A stretch of 64,000 bases of DNA, taken from positions 3,008,001 to 3,072,000 of the forward strand of contig CBDBZU010000004.1 in assembly GCA_965213625.1 (NCBI GenBank). The letters run 5' to 3'. The position numbers and the translations under genes were made by a program. Source of the DNA: a bacterium. GTDB lineage: Bacteria; UBA8248. The notes under the pieces are model-generated. The model was not told the origin of the DNA, made no database searches, and saw only the letters and a list, made by a program, of their open reading frames with translations. Of the stretch, positions 1-9,774 are shown piece by piece; the first letter of the stretch is position 1; each line of letters opens with the position of its first letter.

Positions 1-350
1 TTTCTTATTGTTTGGGATTGTGATGCAAAAAGTATCGCTAAAAATTGGCGGATGAACTCCCTAAAGCAGCGAATGTAACAGCATTTGCATTCTCAAAGCG
101 ACAAAATACAATCGCTCCGAAAGGTATTGAGAACAAATACGATGAAAAGGACTTGGAACCGTTTTCAAATCGGACGACGAAGATGTTGACTGGCGAGGTA
201 CTTCGCATTTCGTTTGACAACGACGAAAAGACTAAATTTGCAGAACATATCTTCGCGAATGGAACAAAAGAAGACTTTCGATATTTTGATGACCTGAATG
301 CGGTTGTATGTGGAGTTCTGGAACGGCTATCAACACAACAATGCCAATAA
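1..350 (+). CDS. 3' part of a TOPRIM-domain protein (OLD-family nuclease or retron Ec67-type RT-TOPRIM C-terminus), 5' truncated by the window edge; apparent 1-nt deletion in the A-run at 40-44
   Basis: Frame 1 reads FLIVWDCDAKSIAK (hydrophobic strand then DxD). One extra A joins it to ORF 45..350 (LADELP...KGIENKYD...KTKFAEHI...EDFRYFDDL), which shows the DxD...IE...KxxFA...DFxxF pattern of OLD/Ec67 TOPRIM tails. AT-richer than the rest of the window. Confidence 0.45.
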
Positions 351-467
351 ATCATATTTCGTAATATTTTTACTTTTTCGAAAAGGTTTACCGACGAGAA
401 GCCGCTCGGTCACGGACTCGTCGCATCCGTGATACCCGAGCACGAAAGTCGTCGCTAGACGGTGCAA
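330..467 (-). pseudogene. Truncated N-terminus of a GYHGCD-motif protein (putative ADP-ribosyltransferase-like toxin)
   Basis: Manual translation from TTG at 467: MHRLATTFVLGYHGCDESVTERLLVGKPFRKSKNITKYDLLALLC*. The expected continuation YDWLGxGIYFWE is missing, and the ORF runs into the convergent AT-rich gene. Confidence 0.5.
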
Positions 468-470
468 TTT

Positions 471-668
471 CTACCTGAATCGTTCGGTGAGTTGTCCGTC
501 GGGCGTGTGGATCCCCAATTTTTGGAGGGCTTTTTGTGCGGTTTCCTTGGATTTTGTAACTTTCTTGAGATATTTCTTGCACGCAATCGAAAATCTATCG
601 GCGTCGGCTTGATTCAACACCCCTGGCCGCACAACTACGACTTTTTGTTCCGTCTTTTTCTTACCCAT
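471..668 (-). CDS. Small basic hypothetical protein (65 aa), possible partner/antitoxin of the GYHGCD protein
   Basis: ATG at 668 with an upstream AGGAAGG; MGKKKTEQ...KETAQKALQKLGIHTPDGQLTERFR; stops 3 nt before the GYHGCD ORF. Confidence 0.6.
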   Translation of the reverse strand: MGKKKTEQKVVVVRPGVLNQADADRFSIACKKYLKKVTKSKETAQKALQKLGIHTPDGQLTERFR

Positions 669-826
669 TGCGTCACCATTCCTTCCTGAAAGGTGAATAC
701 GACGAGGTGGTAAGCATGGGTCCGATATCAACTCGTGGGGTTCGATAGTATTTATTTATCGTTCGTTCAATTATAAAGATCTACTCCTGATCGCGCCTTG
801 TCAATTTCAGGCCTCTCAGGGCTCCC

Positions 827-1864
827 CTACATCCACGAGAGCGGCGTGGCGGCGTCTCCCCGGAGTCTTCTGGCGGCGTCTTTGGCGAAGTAGGTGAGGA
901 TGATGTCCGCCCCCGCGCGCTTGATCGAGATGAGCATTTCCATGAACGCGCGCTCGGGGTCGAGCCACCCGTTGCGGCACGCCGCCGCCAGCATGGCGAA
1001 CTCGCCCGAGACGTTATAAGCGGCGACTGGCAAGTCCATGATACTCCGCGCGCGGGCGATGACGTCGAGATAGACGAGTGCGGGCTTCACCATCACGATG
1101 TCCGCCCCCTCCTCGATATCGAAAGCTATCTCGCGCATGGCCTCGCGCGCATTCGCCGGGTCCATCTGGTAGGAACTCCTGTCGCCGAAGGCGGGGGCGC
1201 TCTCCGCCGCCTCTCGGAAGGGCCCGTAGTAGGCGCTCGAAAATTTCGCCGAATAAGCCATGATGGGCGTCTGGGCGAACCCGCTTTCGTCCAGCGCCAT
1301 GCGAATCGAGCCGACGCGGCCATCCATCATGTCAGACGGCGCGATGATGTCGGCCCCCGCCTCGGCGTGGCTCATCGCCGTCTGGTCGATGAGTTCGAGC
1401 GTGGGGTCGTTCAGTATCTTCTCGCCCTCGATGATGCCGCAGTGGCCGTGGTCCATGTACTCGCAAAGACAAACGTCCGTGATGACGCACAGGTCGGGGT
1501 ATGCCTCCTTGAGTGCGCGCACCGCGTTCTGCACGACGCCGTCTTCCGCATAGGCCCCGCTCGCGATGTCGTCCTTGTGATCCGGAATGCCGAACAGGAT
1601 GACGCCGGGGATGTCGAGAGCGGTAATTTCCTCACAATCGGCCACCAGACGGTCGACGGAGAGTTGGTATTGCCCGGGCATGGAGGAGATTTCCTGCTTT
1701 ACGTTCTCACCCTCGACCACGAACATCGGGTAGATGAGGTTATCCACGGAAAGTCTCGTCTCGCGCACCATGCGCCGCATAGCGGCCGTCTCCCGCGTGC
1801 GCCTCGTGCGATTTTGCACATCCCCTGCAAGAGCCGAAAGAATCAGATTGTCATCAGGCATCAT
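827..1864 (-). CDS. hemB: Porphobilinogen synthase (Zn-dependent type)
   Basis: [14 protein letters not shown] Zn-Cys motif, SDMMDGR, YGPFREA, MVKP, AYNVSGE. Confidence 0.97.
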   Translation of the reverse strand: MMPDDNLILSALAGDVQNRTRRTRETAAMRRMVRETRLSVDNLIYPMFVVEGENVKQEISSMPGQYQLSVDRLVADCEEITALDIPGVILFGIPDHKDDIASGAYAEDGVVQNAVRALKEAYPDLCVITDVCLCEYMDHGHCGIIEGEKILNDPTLELIDQTAMSHAEAGADIIAPSDMMDGRVGSIRMALDESGFAQTPIMAYSAKFSSAYYGPFREAAESAPAFGDRSSYQMDPANAREAMREIAFDIEEGADIVMVKPALVYLDVIARARSIMDLPVAAYNVSGEFAMLAAACRNGWLDPERAFMEMLISIKRAGADIILTYFAKDAARRLRGDAATPLSWM

Positions 1865-2721
1865 GAAATATCACCCTCCATTTTCGGCGTTACGTTCGCC
1901 GTTTCCAGTTCCCGGTAAAAAGAGACGATGGCACTCGCCATGCCGGGAATCGTCGATTCGGCGGCCTCGACGTCCGGTTCGACGCCCCACTTACGCGCCG
2001 TGGCGGTGGTCGCAGGCCCGATAGAGGCCACGCGCGCTTGCGCCACCCATCCTTTCACCCTCTCCTCCCCCGCCGCTCTCATGAAGCCATCGAGCGCCGA
2101 GGAACTCGTGAATGTAAGCATATCAATTTTTCCGTCTTCAAGCTCTCCCCAGACATCGCGAAGCGCTTCGCGTCCCAGAGGCGTCGTCCGGTAGACGGCC
2201 ACGTCATCCAGCAACGCTCCCATTCCCACAAGCGCTTTGGGAATGGCGTCTCTCCCCTCTTTCGCCCGGGCCAGCAAAACACGCGCCCCGGCCAAATCTT
2301 CGTTCTCGAAAAGCGCGACGACGCCCTCGGCCACATATTTGCCGGCCACTTTTTGGGGCGTTCTTCCCAAATGCTTTTCCACCGCTGCGGCCGTGGCGGG
2401 TCCTACAGTCAGAATCGATGTTTCCGCTGGAATCGTATCGGGAGCTACGCCGAGAGCGACAAACCTTTTCGCCAGATATTTCGGCCCGTTCGCGCTCGTG
2501 AAGAGTATCCATTGATATTTGTCCAGCGCGCGAACCGCCGCATCCACTGGCGCCCAGTCTTCAGGCTCCGTGATCCGTATCATGGGCGCGACGCGCACGC
2601 ATGCGCCCAGGTCTGAGAGCATATCGCCCATACGCGATGCCCCCTCCTCTGGGCGCGTGACGAGGATTGTTTTGGCCGCGAGCGGACGCTCGCCCGAGTC
2701 TTCGTTTTCAGCTTGACTCAT
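1861..2721 (-). CDS. hemD: Uroporphyrinogen-III synthase
   Basis: ILVTRP, FTSANG, VGPATA, FTSSS, SIGPAT; overlaps hemC and hemB by 4 nt. Confidence 0.93.
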   Translation of the reverse strand: MSQAENEDSGERPLAAKTILVTRPEEGASRMGDMLSDLGACVRVAPMIRITEPEDWAPVDAAVRALDKYQWILFTSANGPKYLAKRFVALGVAPDTIPAETSILTVGPATAAAVEKHLGRTPQKVAGKYVAEGVVALFENEDLAGARVLLARAKEGRDAIPKALVGMGALLDDVAVYRTTPLGREALRDVWGELEDGKIDMLTFTSSSALDGFMRAAGEERVKGWVAQARVASIGPATTATARKWGVEPDVEAAESTIPGMASAIVSFYRELETANVTPKMEGDIS

Positions 2722-3638
2722 CGCGCGTCTCTCAATATTTCCGCCCCGCCATGTGCGAGAACGTCCTCGGCCACCTCATCGGCCATTCTCGTAGCGTCAT
2801 CGGGTGTCCCCGTTCGTTCTCGCTCCACCATCCGCTTCCCGTCGACACTCGCTAAACGGGCTTTAATGATAAACCCGCTTTTTCGAATCTCAGCGAAAAT
2901 GCCCAATGGCAATAGACACCCACCCTCCAAGCGCGCCATTACGACGCGCTCTGCCATCACGGCGCGTTTCGTCTCCTGGTGATTCAAGCCTTCCATCAGG
3001 CGGCGCGTGCCCGCATCATTCTCCCTCGTCTCGATGGCGAGCGCGCCCTGGCCCGCGGCCGGCAGCATGAGTTCGGGCGCGAGTGACTCGGTCGCTCGCT
3101 CCTCCATCCCCAGACGCTTCAGGCCCGCCAGGGCGAGAATTGCGCCTTCCACCTCCCCCGCCGCCACTTTTTCGAGGCGCGTATCCACGTTTCCGCGCAA
3201 CTCCACAATTTCCAGATCGCGCCGGTAGCGCCTGATCTGCGCGATTCGCCTTAAACTGCTCGTGCCGATTCTGCTGCCGGGCGCGAGTCCGCGGATCGAT
3301 TCCCCGCCCCGTGAGACAAGAGCGTCCCAGGGTTCTTCTCTTTCCGGAATCGAGGCGAGGATGAGGCCTTCGGGCAGTTCACTCGGCAGGTCTTTCAGGC
3401 TATGGACGGCGGCATCGATTTTACCTTGTAGAAGAGCGTCTTCGATTTCCTTTACGAAAAGACCCTTGCCCCCCAGTTCATGAATGGGGGAGCCGAGCAT
3501 GGCGTCCCCCCGCGTGCGGACGATAATTTCCTCCACGGCAAGTCCCGGATTCAGTTCCTTCAACTGTGCGGCCACCAGAGCCGTCTGCGCGCGCGCCAGC
3601 GCGCTGCCCCGCGTGCCGAGGCGTAGCGTGTCATTCAT
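2718..3638 (-). CDS. hemC: Hydroxymethylbilane synthase
   Basis: GTRGSALARAQ, GGKGLFVKEIE, VHSLKD, GTSSLRR, LRGNVDTRL, LEGGC. Confidence 0.97.
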   Translation of the reverse strand: MNDTLRLGTRGSALARAQTALVAAQLKELNPGLAVEEIIVRTRGDAMLGSPIHELGGKGLFVKEIEDALLQGKIDAAVHSLKDLPSELPEGLILASIPEREEPWDALVSRGGESIRGLAPGSRIGTSSLRRIAQIRRYRRDLEIVELRGNVDTRLEKVAAGEVEGAILALAGLKRLGMEERATESLAPELMLPAAGQGALAIETRENDAGTRRLMEGLNHQETKRAVMAERVVMARLEGGCLLPLGIFAEIRKSGFIIKARLASVDGKRMVERERTGTPDDATRMADEVAEDVLAHGGAEILRDAR

Positions 3639-3641
3639 GTA

Positions 3642-4949
3642 TCAGTCCGATTCATCCGGTGGCTCGGGCGGTCTTTCATCGCTTTCGGGTTCCACACCGA
3701 AGAGTTTCTGGACGGATTCGACGGAAATGCCCTCCACGTCTTCTTCCGCCATCTGGCGCAGGACGGCGAAGGGATGGTGGAGCAGCTTGTTGACCAGCGC
3801 CTTCGTCATGGCGTCAAGGGCATCGCGACCGTCTTCTCCCAGCTCGGGAAGACGCGGGATGGTTTTTTCGATTTCCGACTGGCGCATCGATTCGGCGAAG
3901 AAGCGAATGGCCGCAAAGGTATGCCTGAGTTCCTCTGCCTTCTGGCGTGCAAGGTAGGTCTCCACCTCGCTATCCAGGATCGCGCGCGCGTCGCGGGCCA
4001 CCTCTTCGCGGTCACGCAGGTTGTCCGCCGCGACGGACTGTAGATCGTCCACGTCATAGAGATAGGCGTCTTCGAGATCGTTCACGTCTGGCGCAACGTT
4101 TCTCGGCACGGCGATGTCGATGAGGAATACCGGCGCGTCGCGGCGGCGTTCCAATGCAGCGGCCACGGTCGGTTTGTCGAGGACAAACTCCTTCGCGGCC
4201 GTAGATGCGATGACGACGTCGGCTTCGATGAGCGCCCCTTCCAGATTATCGAAACCTACAGCGCTTCCCCCGAGCCTGGAAGCCAACTCTTGCGCACGCG
4301 CGAACGTCCTGTTCGCCACGCGGAGGGTGTCGGCCCCGCTCGCTTTGAGATGCCTTGCTGCCGCTTCGCCCATTTCGCCCGCGCCTAGCAGGAGCACGTT
4401 CTTGCTTTCGAGTGAGCCGAATATTCTTTTCGCCAGATCCACGGCGACCGAACTTACCGACACAGGCGACTCGCCAATCGGCGTTTGCTCGCGGATTTTC
4501 TTCGCCACGCGAAACGCGCGGGAGAAGAGGTTCGTGAGGGCCTTTCCGGCGTGGCCCGAGGCCTGGGCGACCCGGTAGGCTTCTTTCACCTGCCCCAAAA
4601 TCTGCGGTTCGCCCACCACCATGGAATCGAGGCTCGCCGCCACGGTGAACAGATGCCGGGTGGCTTCGGCCTCGCGGTGAACGTAAAGATGAGCATTCAA
4701 CTCCTCTACGCCGATGTCGCGCGATTCGAGGAAAAAACGATGGATCGCGTCGAGACCCTGCTCGTAATCCTCCGCCGCGCTGTAGACTTCCACCCGGTTG
4801 CACGTCGAGAGGATGAGCCGCTCCTCCAGCCCGTGGTAGCCCGCCAGACGGTCGAGCCACTCGTCCATATTGCTTTCGGGGAAATAGAGGCGCTCACGAA
4901 CGCTGAGCGGCGTATTGTGGTGGCTCACGCCGGCGAGAATGATGGACAT
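3642..4949 (-). CDS. hemA: Glutamyl-tRNA reductase
   Basis: LSTCNRVE, SLDSMVVGEPQILGQVK, GAGEMG, DIAVPRN. Confidence 0.97.
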   Translation of the reverse strand: MSIILAGVSHHNTPLSVRERLYFPESNMDEWLDRLAGYHGLEERLILSTCNRVEVYSAAEDYEQGLDAIHRFFLESRDIGVEELNAHLYVHREAEATRHLFTVAASLDSMVVGEPQILGQVKEAYRVAQASGHAGKALTNLFSRAFRVAKKIREQTPIGESPVSVSSVAVDLAKRIFGSLESKNVLLLGAGEMGEAAARHLKASGADTLRVANRTFARAQELASRLGGSAVGFDNLEGALIEADVVIASTAAKEFVLDKPTVAAALERRRDAPVFLIDIAVPRNVAPDVNDLEDAYLYDVDDLQSVAADNLRDREEVARDARAILDSEVETYLARQKAEELRHTFAAIRFFAESMRQSEIEKTIPRLPELGEDGRDALDAMTKALVNKLLHHPFAVLRQMAEEDVEGISVESVQKLFGVEPESDERPPEPPDESD

Positions 4950-4952
4950 CTT

Positions 4953-5732
4953 CTAGCCCGCCCCCTGGAAATGGACGACCAGCGCGAGGAGCGCGGCGAA
5001 AAAGGCCACCATCGAGAAAACGGCGGAGCGCTTTCCCTTCCAGCTTCTGGTGAGCCGACAGATGAGCAGGAGACCGTACGCCCCCCAGATGAGTATCAAC
5101 GGCCAGGTCCGCACCGGGTCGAGGCTCCAGTAGGCGCCGTGGCGCGACTTCGCCCACATCGACCCGAGCAGCAGGCTCGCCGTGAGGAACGCGAAGCCGA
5201 AATAGAGAATCTTGTGGTTCAAATCGTCCAGGATATCGAGCGAAGGCAGACGGTGCAGCCAGGCGCTTGGTCTTCTGGATTTTAGCTGCTGGGATTGCAC
5301 GAGGTACATCAGCGCCGAGGCGAAGAGCAGAAAGAACGCGCCCCAGCTCAGCAGCGCGAGCACGGCGTGACCTTTCAGCAGATAGCCCTGCACGGCGATC
5401 GAACCCGCGCCCCACACGCCGGGGAAAGCGGCGGCATATCCCTCGAGGATGAAGGCCGCCGGTACGGCGAAACCGCCCAGAGCGATGTCGCGGTAGCGCG
5501 CGTAGACGATCAGGTACATCAGGATGATTACCCACGCCATGCCGCTAAGCCACGGTCCCCAGCCCTCGGGCGTGCCGGAGGCGAAGCTCACCCCCAGCAT
5601 GAGGGTGTGGAGCGCGAACCCCGCGAGCAGCGCGCCAATCCCGTAGACTACGCCCGCCGTCCTGCCCGTGCAGAGCAGATACAGGTGCGTGAGCGCAGCC
5701 ACGAGATAGCAGCCGATCAATATGGCGACCAA
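4953..5732 (-). CDS. ccsA: Cytochrome c assembly protein (CcsA/HemX-like)
   Basis: Multi-TM protein with RLPSLDILDDLN and a W-rich loop (GSMWA...YWSLDP); 3 nt upstream of hemA. Confidence 0.8.
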   Translation of the reverse strand: MVAILIGCYLVAALTHLYLLCTGRTAGVVYGIGALLAGFALHTLMLGVSFASGTPEGWGPWLSGMAWVIILMYLIVYARYRDIALGGFAVPAAFILEGYAAAFPGVWGAGSIAVQGYLLKGHAVLALLSWGAFFLLFASALMYLVQSQQLKSRRPSAWLHRLPSLDILDDLNHKILYFGFAFLTASLLLGSMWAKSRHGAYWSLDPVRTWPLILIWGAYGLLLICRLTRSWKGKRSAVFSMVAFFAALLALVVHFQGAG

Positions 5733-5901
5733 GGTATTTTCCCTCTCAGCGCAAGGCGGCGCCTCGCGACAAATAATACAGCCCTATCCATCTCTATCCA
5801 TACCAAAGGGCGAGCAAAGCTATTTAGACCACCATTTCGGGCATTTTGCAATTATCCGTTGCACCACGCGGACTCGGAGCGCGGATTCTGCCCATTTCAC
5901 G

Positions 5902-5931
5902 TTGGCTTGAGGCGCTCATTCCCACTATACT
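5902..5931 (+). promoter_or_regulatory. Putative sigma70 promoter for pyrD-pyrK
   Basis: TTGGCT-18 nt-TATACT in the divergent intergenic region. Confidence 0.35.
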
Positions 5932-5985
5932 CCATTCACCAAGCCCGTCCGCCCGTATCCTCCGCCTCGGGAGGGGCAGCAGACC

Positions 5986-6921
5986 GTGATTCCGCTCCCC
6001 AAGATCGACCCGCCCCTTATCAACGCCAGCGGCATTCTGAGCTATCCGGAAGTGTTCGCCGCCTTCGAGAGCGCGGGCGCGTGCCTGGGCGGCTACGTCA
6101 CGAAATCGGTCGGCCCCCGCGAGAAGCCGGGCAACAACAACCCCGTGGTCGTATACCCCCCGGAAGGCGCTGTGCTCAACTCCCTCGCCCTGCCGACGCA
6201 AAGCGCAGAGGACTGGGAGCGCGACCTGGAAGAGATAAAGCTGAAGAAAGCGAAGCTCATCGTCTCGGTCTATGGCGGAGACACCCGGGAGTTCGCCGAC
6301 GTCACAAAACGTATGTCGAGGTTCGGCGACGCCATCGAGGTGAACCTGGGATGCCCAAACAAGGAGCCGGGCGAGCAGACCATCATGGAGAGCATCGGAC
6401 AGAACCCCGCCCTCTCCGCCGAGGTCATCGAGCGCGTGCGAGACGAGACGGACAAGCCCGTCATCGCCAAGCTCTCGCCCAACAGCGACTACCTCGCCGT
6501 GGCAGATTCATGCATGAGCGCGGGCGCGGACGCTCTTGGCTGCGGGAACACCCTGGGGCCGGGTCTTGCGGTGGACATCCAGAGCCGGGCGGCAATTCTC
6601 GCAGGCACGACGGGCGGCATCAGCGGCCCCGCGCTCAAGCCCATCAATTTGCGCATGACGTATGAGTCCTATGCGCGTTTTCGGTGTCCCATCGTCGCAT
6701 ACGGGGGTATCGAAACCTGGGAGGATGCCGTGGAATACATTCTGGCGGGAGCGAGCGTCTTGGGGATAGGCACCGCCTTCATGAGAAAGAGCACGCATGA
6801 GGCCGCCGCACTCACCCGGGATATCTGGGAGGGAATTCAGGAATATCTGGACGGAGAACCCATGTCCGGGCTCATCGGCGCGGTGCACCGCTCGGCGAAT
6901 GGGAGCGAATCGAATGCGTAG
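5986..6921 (+). CDS. pyrD: Dihydroorotate dehydrogenase family 1B catalytic subunit
   Basis: INASG, VTKS, EVNLGCPN (catalytic Cys), KLSPN, GNT, GGISGPALKP, GGI; adjacent electron-transfer subunit. Confidence 0.8.
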   Translation: MIPLPKIDPPLINASGILSYPEVFAAFESAGACLGGYVTKSVGPREKPGNNNPVVVYPPEGAVLNSLALPTQSAEDWERDLEEIKLKKAKLIVSVYGGDTREFADVTKRMSRFGDAIEVNLGCPNKEPGEQTIMESIGQNPALSAEVIERVRDETDKPVIAKLSPNSDYLAVADSCMSAGADALGCGNTLGPGLAVDIQSRAAILAGTTGGISGPALKPINLRMTYESYARFRCPIVAYGGIETWEDAVEYILAGASVLGIGTAFMRKSTHEAAALTRDIWEGIQEYLDGEPMSGLIGAVHRSANGSESNA

Positions 6922-7639
6922 CGTCTTCAAGGTCGTGGAAAATCGCCGGGAAAGCGAATGGACGCACACGATTTTCTTTGACCGGGAAATAGAGTCTCAG
7001 CCCGGCCAGTTCATGATGGTCTGGCTGCCGCGCCTGGGCGAAAAACCCTTCACCCTCTCATATCCCAACGCCGTCACCGTGAAAAAAGCGGGCGCGTTCA
7101 CCGAGAAACTGGCCGCCGTGGAGCCGGGAGACGAGATAGGGCTGCGCGGCCCTTTGGGACAAGGCTACCCGTCCCTCAAGCGGCCCGCACTCATCGGCGG
7201 CGGGGTGGGAATCGCGGAATTGAGGCTTCTTGCCCTCGCCGCAGAAGCGCCCAGTTTCGTCCTTGGGGGACGCACGGCGGATGAGATTCTCTTCTATGAA
7301 GAATTCAAGGAACTCGGCCCCATTCACGTCGCCACCGAAGACGGCGCGTTGGGCCATAAGGGTCTCGTGACCGAACTGCTGCCCGTCGAGGCGGACAGCT
7401 ACGCCGTCTGTGGTCCTGAGCGGATGATGGCCGCGTGCCTGCCGAAACTCCCCGCCGATCGGACGTATTTCGCGGTCGAGCGGTACATGAAATGCGCAGT
7501 CGGCCTGTGCGGCCAGTGTACCTGCTCGGGCTGGCGTGTATGCACGGACGGCCCCATATTCCCCGCCGCCACCGTCGCGCAGATGGATGATTTCGGAAAA
7601 CGCAGGCGCTCCAAGAGTGGCAAATGGGAAAAAGTCTAG
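6914..7639 (+). CDS. pyrK: Dihydroorotate dehydrogenase electron transfer subunit
   Basis: ATG at 6914 overlaps the pyrD end; PGQFMMVW, RGPLG, GGGVG, CGPERMM, MKCAVGLCGQC...C 2Fe-2S motif. Confidence 0.9.
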   Translation: MRSVFKVVENRRESEWTHTIFFDREIESQPGQFMMVWLPRLGEKPFTLSYPNAVTVKKAGAFTEKLAAVEPGDEIGLRGPLGQGYPSLKRPALIGGGVGIAELRLLALAAEAPSFVLGGRTADEILFYEEFKELGPIHVATEDGALGHKGLVTELLPVEADSYAVCGPERMMAACLPKLPADRTYFAVERYMKCAVGLCGQCTCSGWRVCTDGPIFPAATVAQMDDFGKRRRSKSGKWEKV

Positions 7640-7652
7640 AAAAAAGATATCT

Positions 7653-7681
7653 TTCCAAGACGTTTCTGCTGTGCCTATAAT
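7653..7681 (+). promoter_or_regulatory. Putative sigma70 promoter for the phosphodiesterase gene
   Basis: TTCCAA-17 nt-TATAAT. Confidence 0.45.
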
Positions 7682-7737
7682 CGGGCGGCTAGCGAAAGAC
7701 TTTTCACCTTCACGAGGCTTCAGGCGGAGGACAAGCC

Positions 7738-8499
7738 ATCCAATTCCGTGTGTTGGGCTGCGCAGGCGGCAAAGCCCCCGGATGTCAGTTGACCTCTTTT
7801 CTCATCAACGATGAGTTGCTGCTGGATGGCGGTTCGGCCGCTTCTGGCCTTAGCATCGAGGAGCAGGCGCGGCTCAGCGGCATCGTAGTCTCCCACGCGC
7901 ATCTGGATCATATCGCGGAACTGCCCTACCTCGCCGACAACATCTTCGGTCTTCGGGATGATTCGCTGAAAATCATCGGCGCTCGAGACGTTCTGGAAGT
8001 GATTCAGAATTCCATCTTCAACAACGCCGTCTGGCCGGATTTTTGCGAGATATGCCACGAAGATACGCCGATACTCGACTTCTCCGCCATCGAGGAGAAG
8101 GAAACACGCTCCTTGGGCGGAATACGGATTACCCCATACGCGGTCGACCACAAGGGGACCACCTTCGGTTTCATCATTCAGGACGCGGATAGCGCGCTGC
8201 TCTACACCAGCGATACGGGCCCCACGGAGACCATCTGGCGAGGCGCTTCCGAGACGAAAAACCTTCGAGCCATCATCACCGAGGTGTCGTTTCCGAACAA
8301 AATGGAAGAACTTGCGCGTATGTCCAGGCACTTGACCCCCGCCATGCTCCATGCGGAAATAAAAAAAATGCCGCCCGATGTTCCCGTCTACATATTCCAC
8401 ATCAAGGCGCAGTACGGCGATGAGACGAAGGCGGAAATCGAGGCGCTGAGCGAACCGAGAATCCAGATACTCGAAGAGGGTAAGACGTATCACCTGTAG
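7738..8499 (+). CDS. Class II 3',5'-cyclic nucleotide phosphodiesterase (MBL fold); probable ATC start at 7738 (alternative GTG at 7750)
   Basis: (I)QFRVLGCAGG, SHAHLDHI, IFNNAVWPDF, SDTGPT, EVSFPN, HLTP, HIK; GGAGG at 7726-7730. Confidence 0.85.
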   Translation: MQFRVLGCAGGKAPGCQLTSFLINDELLLDGGSAASGLSIEEQARLSGIVVSHAHLDHIAELPYLADNIFGLRDDSLKIIGARDVLEVIQNSIFNNAVWPDFCEICHEDTPILDFSAIEEKETRSLGGIRITPYAVDHKGTTFGFIIQDADSALLYTSDTGPTETIWRGASETKNLRAIITEVSFPNKMEELARMSRHLTPAMLHAEIKKMPPDVPVYIFHIKAQYGDETKAEIEALSEPRIQILEEGKTYHL

Positions 8500-8638
8500 G
8501 CTTTCATAACGCCTCATCTTCTGCTATGAGCAGGAGAGTCTTGAAAGACGAGAAAAAGCGGCGATTCCAGGGATGACAAGAAGCCATCCGGCGGATCGCC
8601 TCCCTGAAAATCACAGAAAAGGATGGGGAGACGCTTTC

Positions 8639-8884
8639 GTGGAAGACATCGAAGCGAAAAGAAAATACAGCCGCATCATGGCCGAGCGCATCAGCGGCAT
8701 TCTGGCCGGCGAGATCGAGGGCGTCGATGCCGACATCCGCTACAGCTACAAGGACAAGAGCTTCAGGCTCTGGTGGGGAGAACGGGGAGACCCCGATACC
8801 ATGGCCCTCATCACTTTCGAGCAAATCGCGTCGCTGAACGACGAGGAGTTGCGCCAGATTATACGCTCATCCGTCATCGGCTAG
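8639..8884 (+). CDS. Hypothetical protein (about 81 aa; start could be 8573)
   Basis: GC3-rich codon usage; GGGGAG upstream of GTG 8639; convergent with the next gene with a 4-nt overlap. Confidence 0.55.
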   Translation: MEDIEAKRKYSRIMAERISGILAGEIEGVDADIRYSYKDKSFRLWWGERGDPDTMALITFEQIASLNDEELRQIIRSSVIG

Positions 8885-9774
8885 GCGATATTGGCCAACT
8901 CCTGATAAATCCGGAAGATCGAGCTTCCATCCTCATGCTGCCTGCCTTTGCTGCGCTGGGCCATGAAGAAGTGCTCCAGCAACCCGCCGAGCGGCACGGG
9001 CACGTCGAGGTCCTTGGCGGAGTCGATGGCGCATTCCAGGTCCTTCAGCACTATCCATATCGGGCCGGATTCCGGGAAATTACCGGCCAGCATGTCCTTG
9101 CCGCGCACGTCGAGCACGTTCGAACCCGCAGCGCCGGAACAGAGAGTCTCGAGCATGACGTCTTTGGGGATTCCCGCCTTGAGGCCCAGCGTGAGGCCCT
9201 CGCAAGCCCCAGCCATGTTGATGAATAGCACGAGATTCACCACCAGCTTTAACTGGGCGGCGAGCCCGTTTATCTCGCTAACGTAAATCGTCTTCTTGCC
9301 GATGGCGTCGAAGGCGGGCTTGGCCTTCTCATATGCGTCCCTGGGCCCCGCCGACATCACCACCAGGTCCTTCACGGCGGCCTGCTTGCCCACGCCGCTC
9401 ACCGGGCAATCCAGCCAGCTTACACCCTTCTCGCCCGCTAATTCCGCCATTTCTTTCGAGAATCTAGGCGGAACCGTACTCATATCGGCGATGATGCCGC
9501 CCGAAGAGATTCCTTCGAGAATACCACCCTCACCCGTCACCGCCTCTCCAACGACCTTGTAGTTCGGAAGCGAGGTCATCACCAGGTCGGCTCCGCTTGC
9601 GGCGTCCGCGGGCGAAGATGCCCGGCGCAGGTTCTTGCCCTCGAATTTCTCGTACATCGCGTCCACCGGGTCGAATCCCGCCACTTCCATGCCGGCGTCC
9701 AGCATGTGGCCCGAAAAAGCACCCCCCATGACGCCCAAACCCACGACTCCCACTTTAATACTCACGGCTCTCAA
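8881..9774 (-). CDS. NAD(P)-dependent beta-hydroxyacid dehydrogenase (3-hydroxyisobutyrate DH family)
   Basis: GVVGLGVMG, DMSTV, DCPVSG, catalytic K in LKLVVN, KDL. Confidence 0.9.
   Translation of the reverse strand: MRAVSIKVGVVGLGVMGGAFSGHMLDAGMEVAGFDPVDAMYEKFEGKNLRRASSPADAASGADLVMTSLPNYKVVGEAVTGEGGILEGISSGGIIADMSTVPPRFSKEMAELAGEKGVSWLDCPVSGVGKQAAVKDLVVMSAGPRDAYEKAKPAFDAIGKKTIYVSEINGLAAQLKLVVNLVLFINMAGACEGLTLGLKAGIPKDVMLETLCSGAAGSNVLDVRGKDMLAGNFPESGPIWIVLKDLECAIDSAKDLDVPVPLGGLLEHFFMAQRSKGRQHEDGSSIFRIYQELANIA

Noticed and set aside
5295-6665. 456-aa R/G/A-rich ORF
   Set aside because: Off-frame or antisense shadow across ccsA and pyrD.
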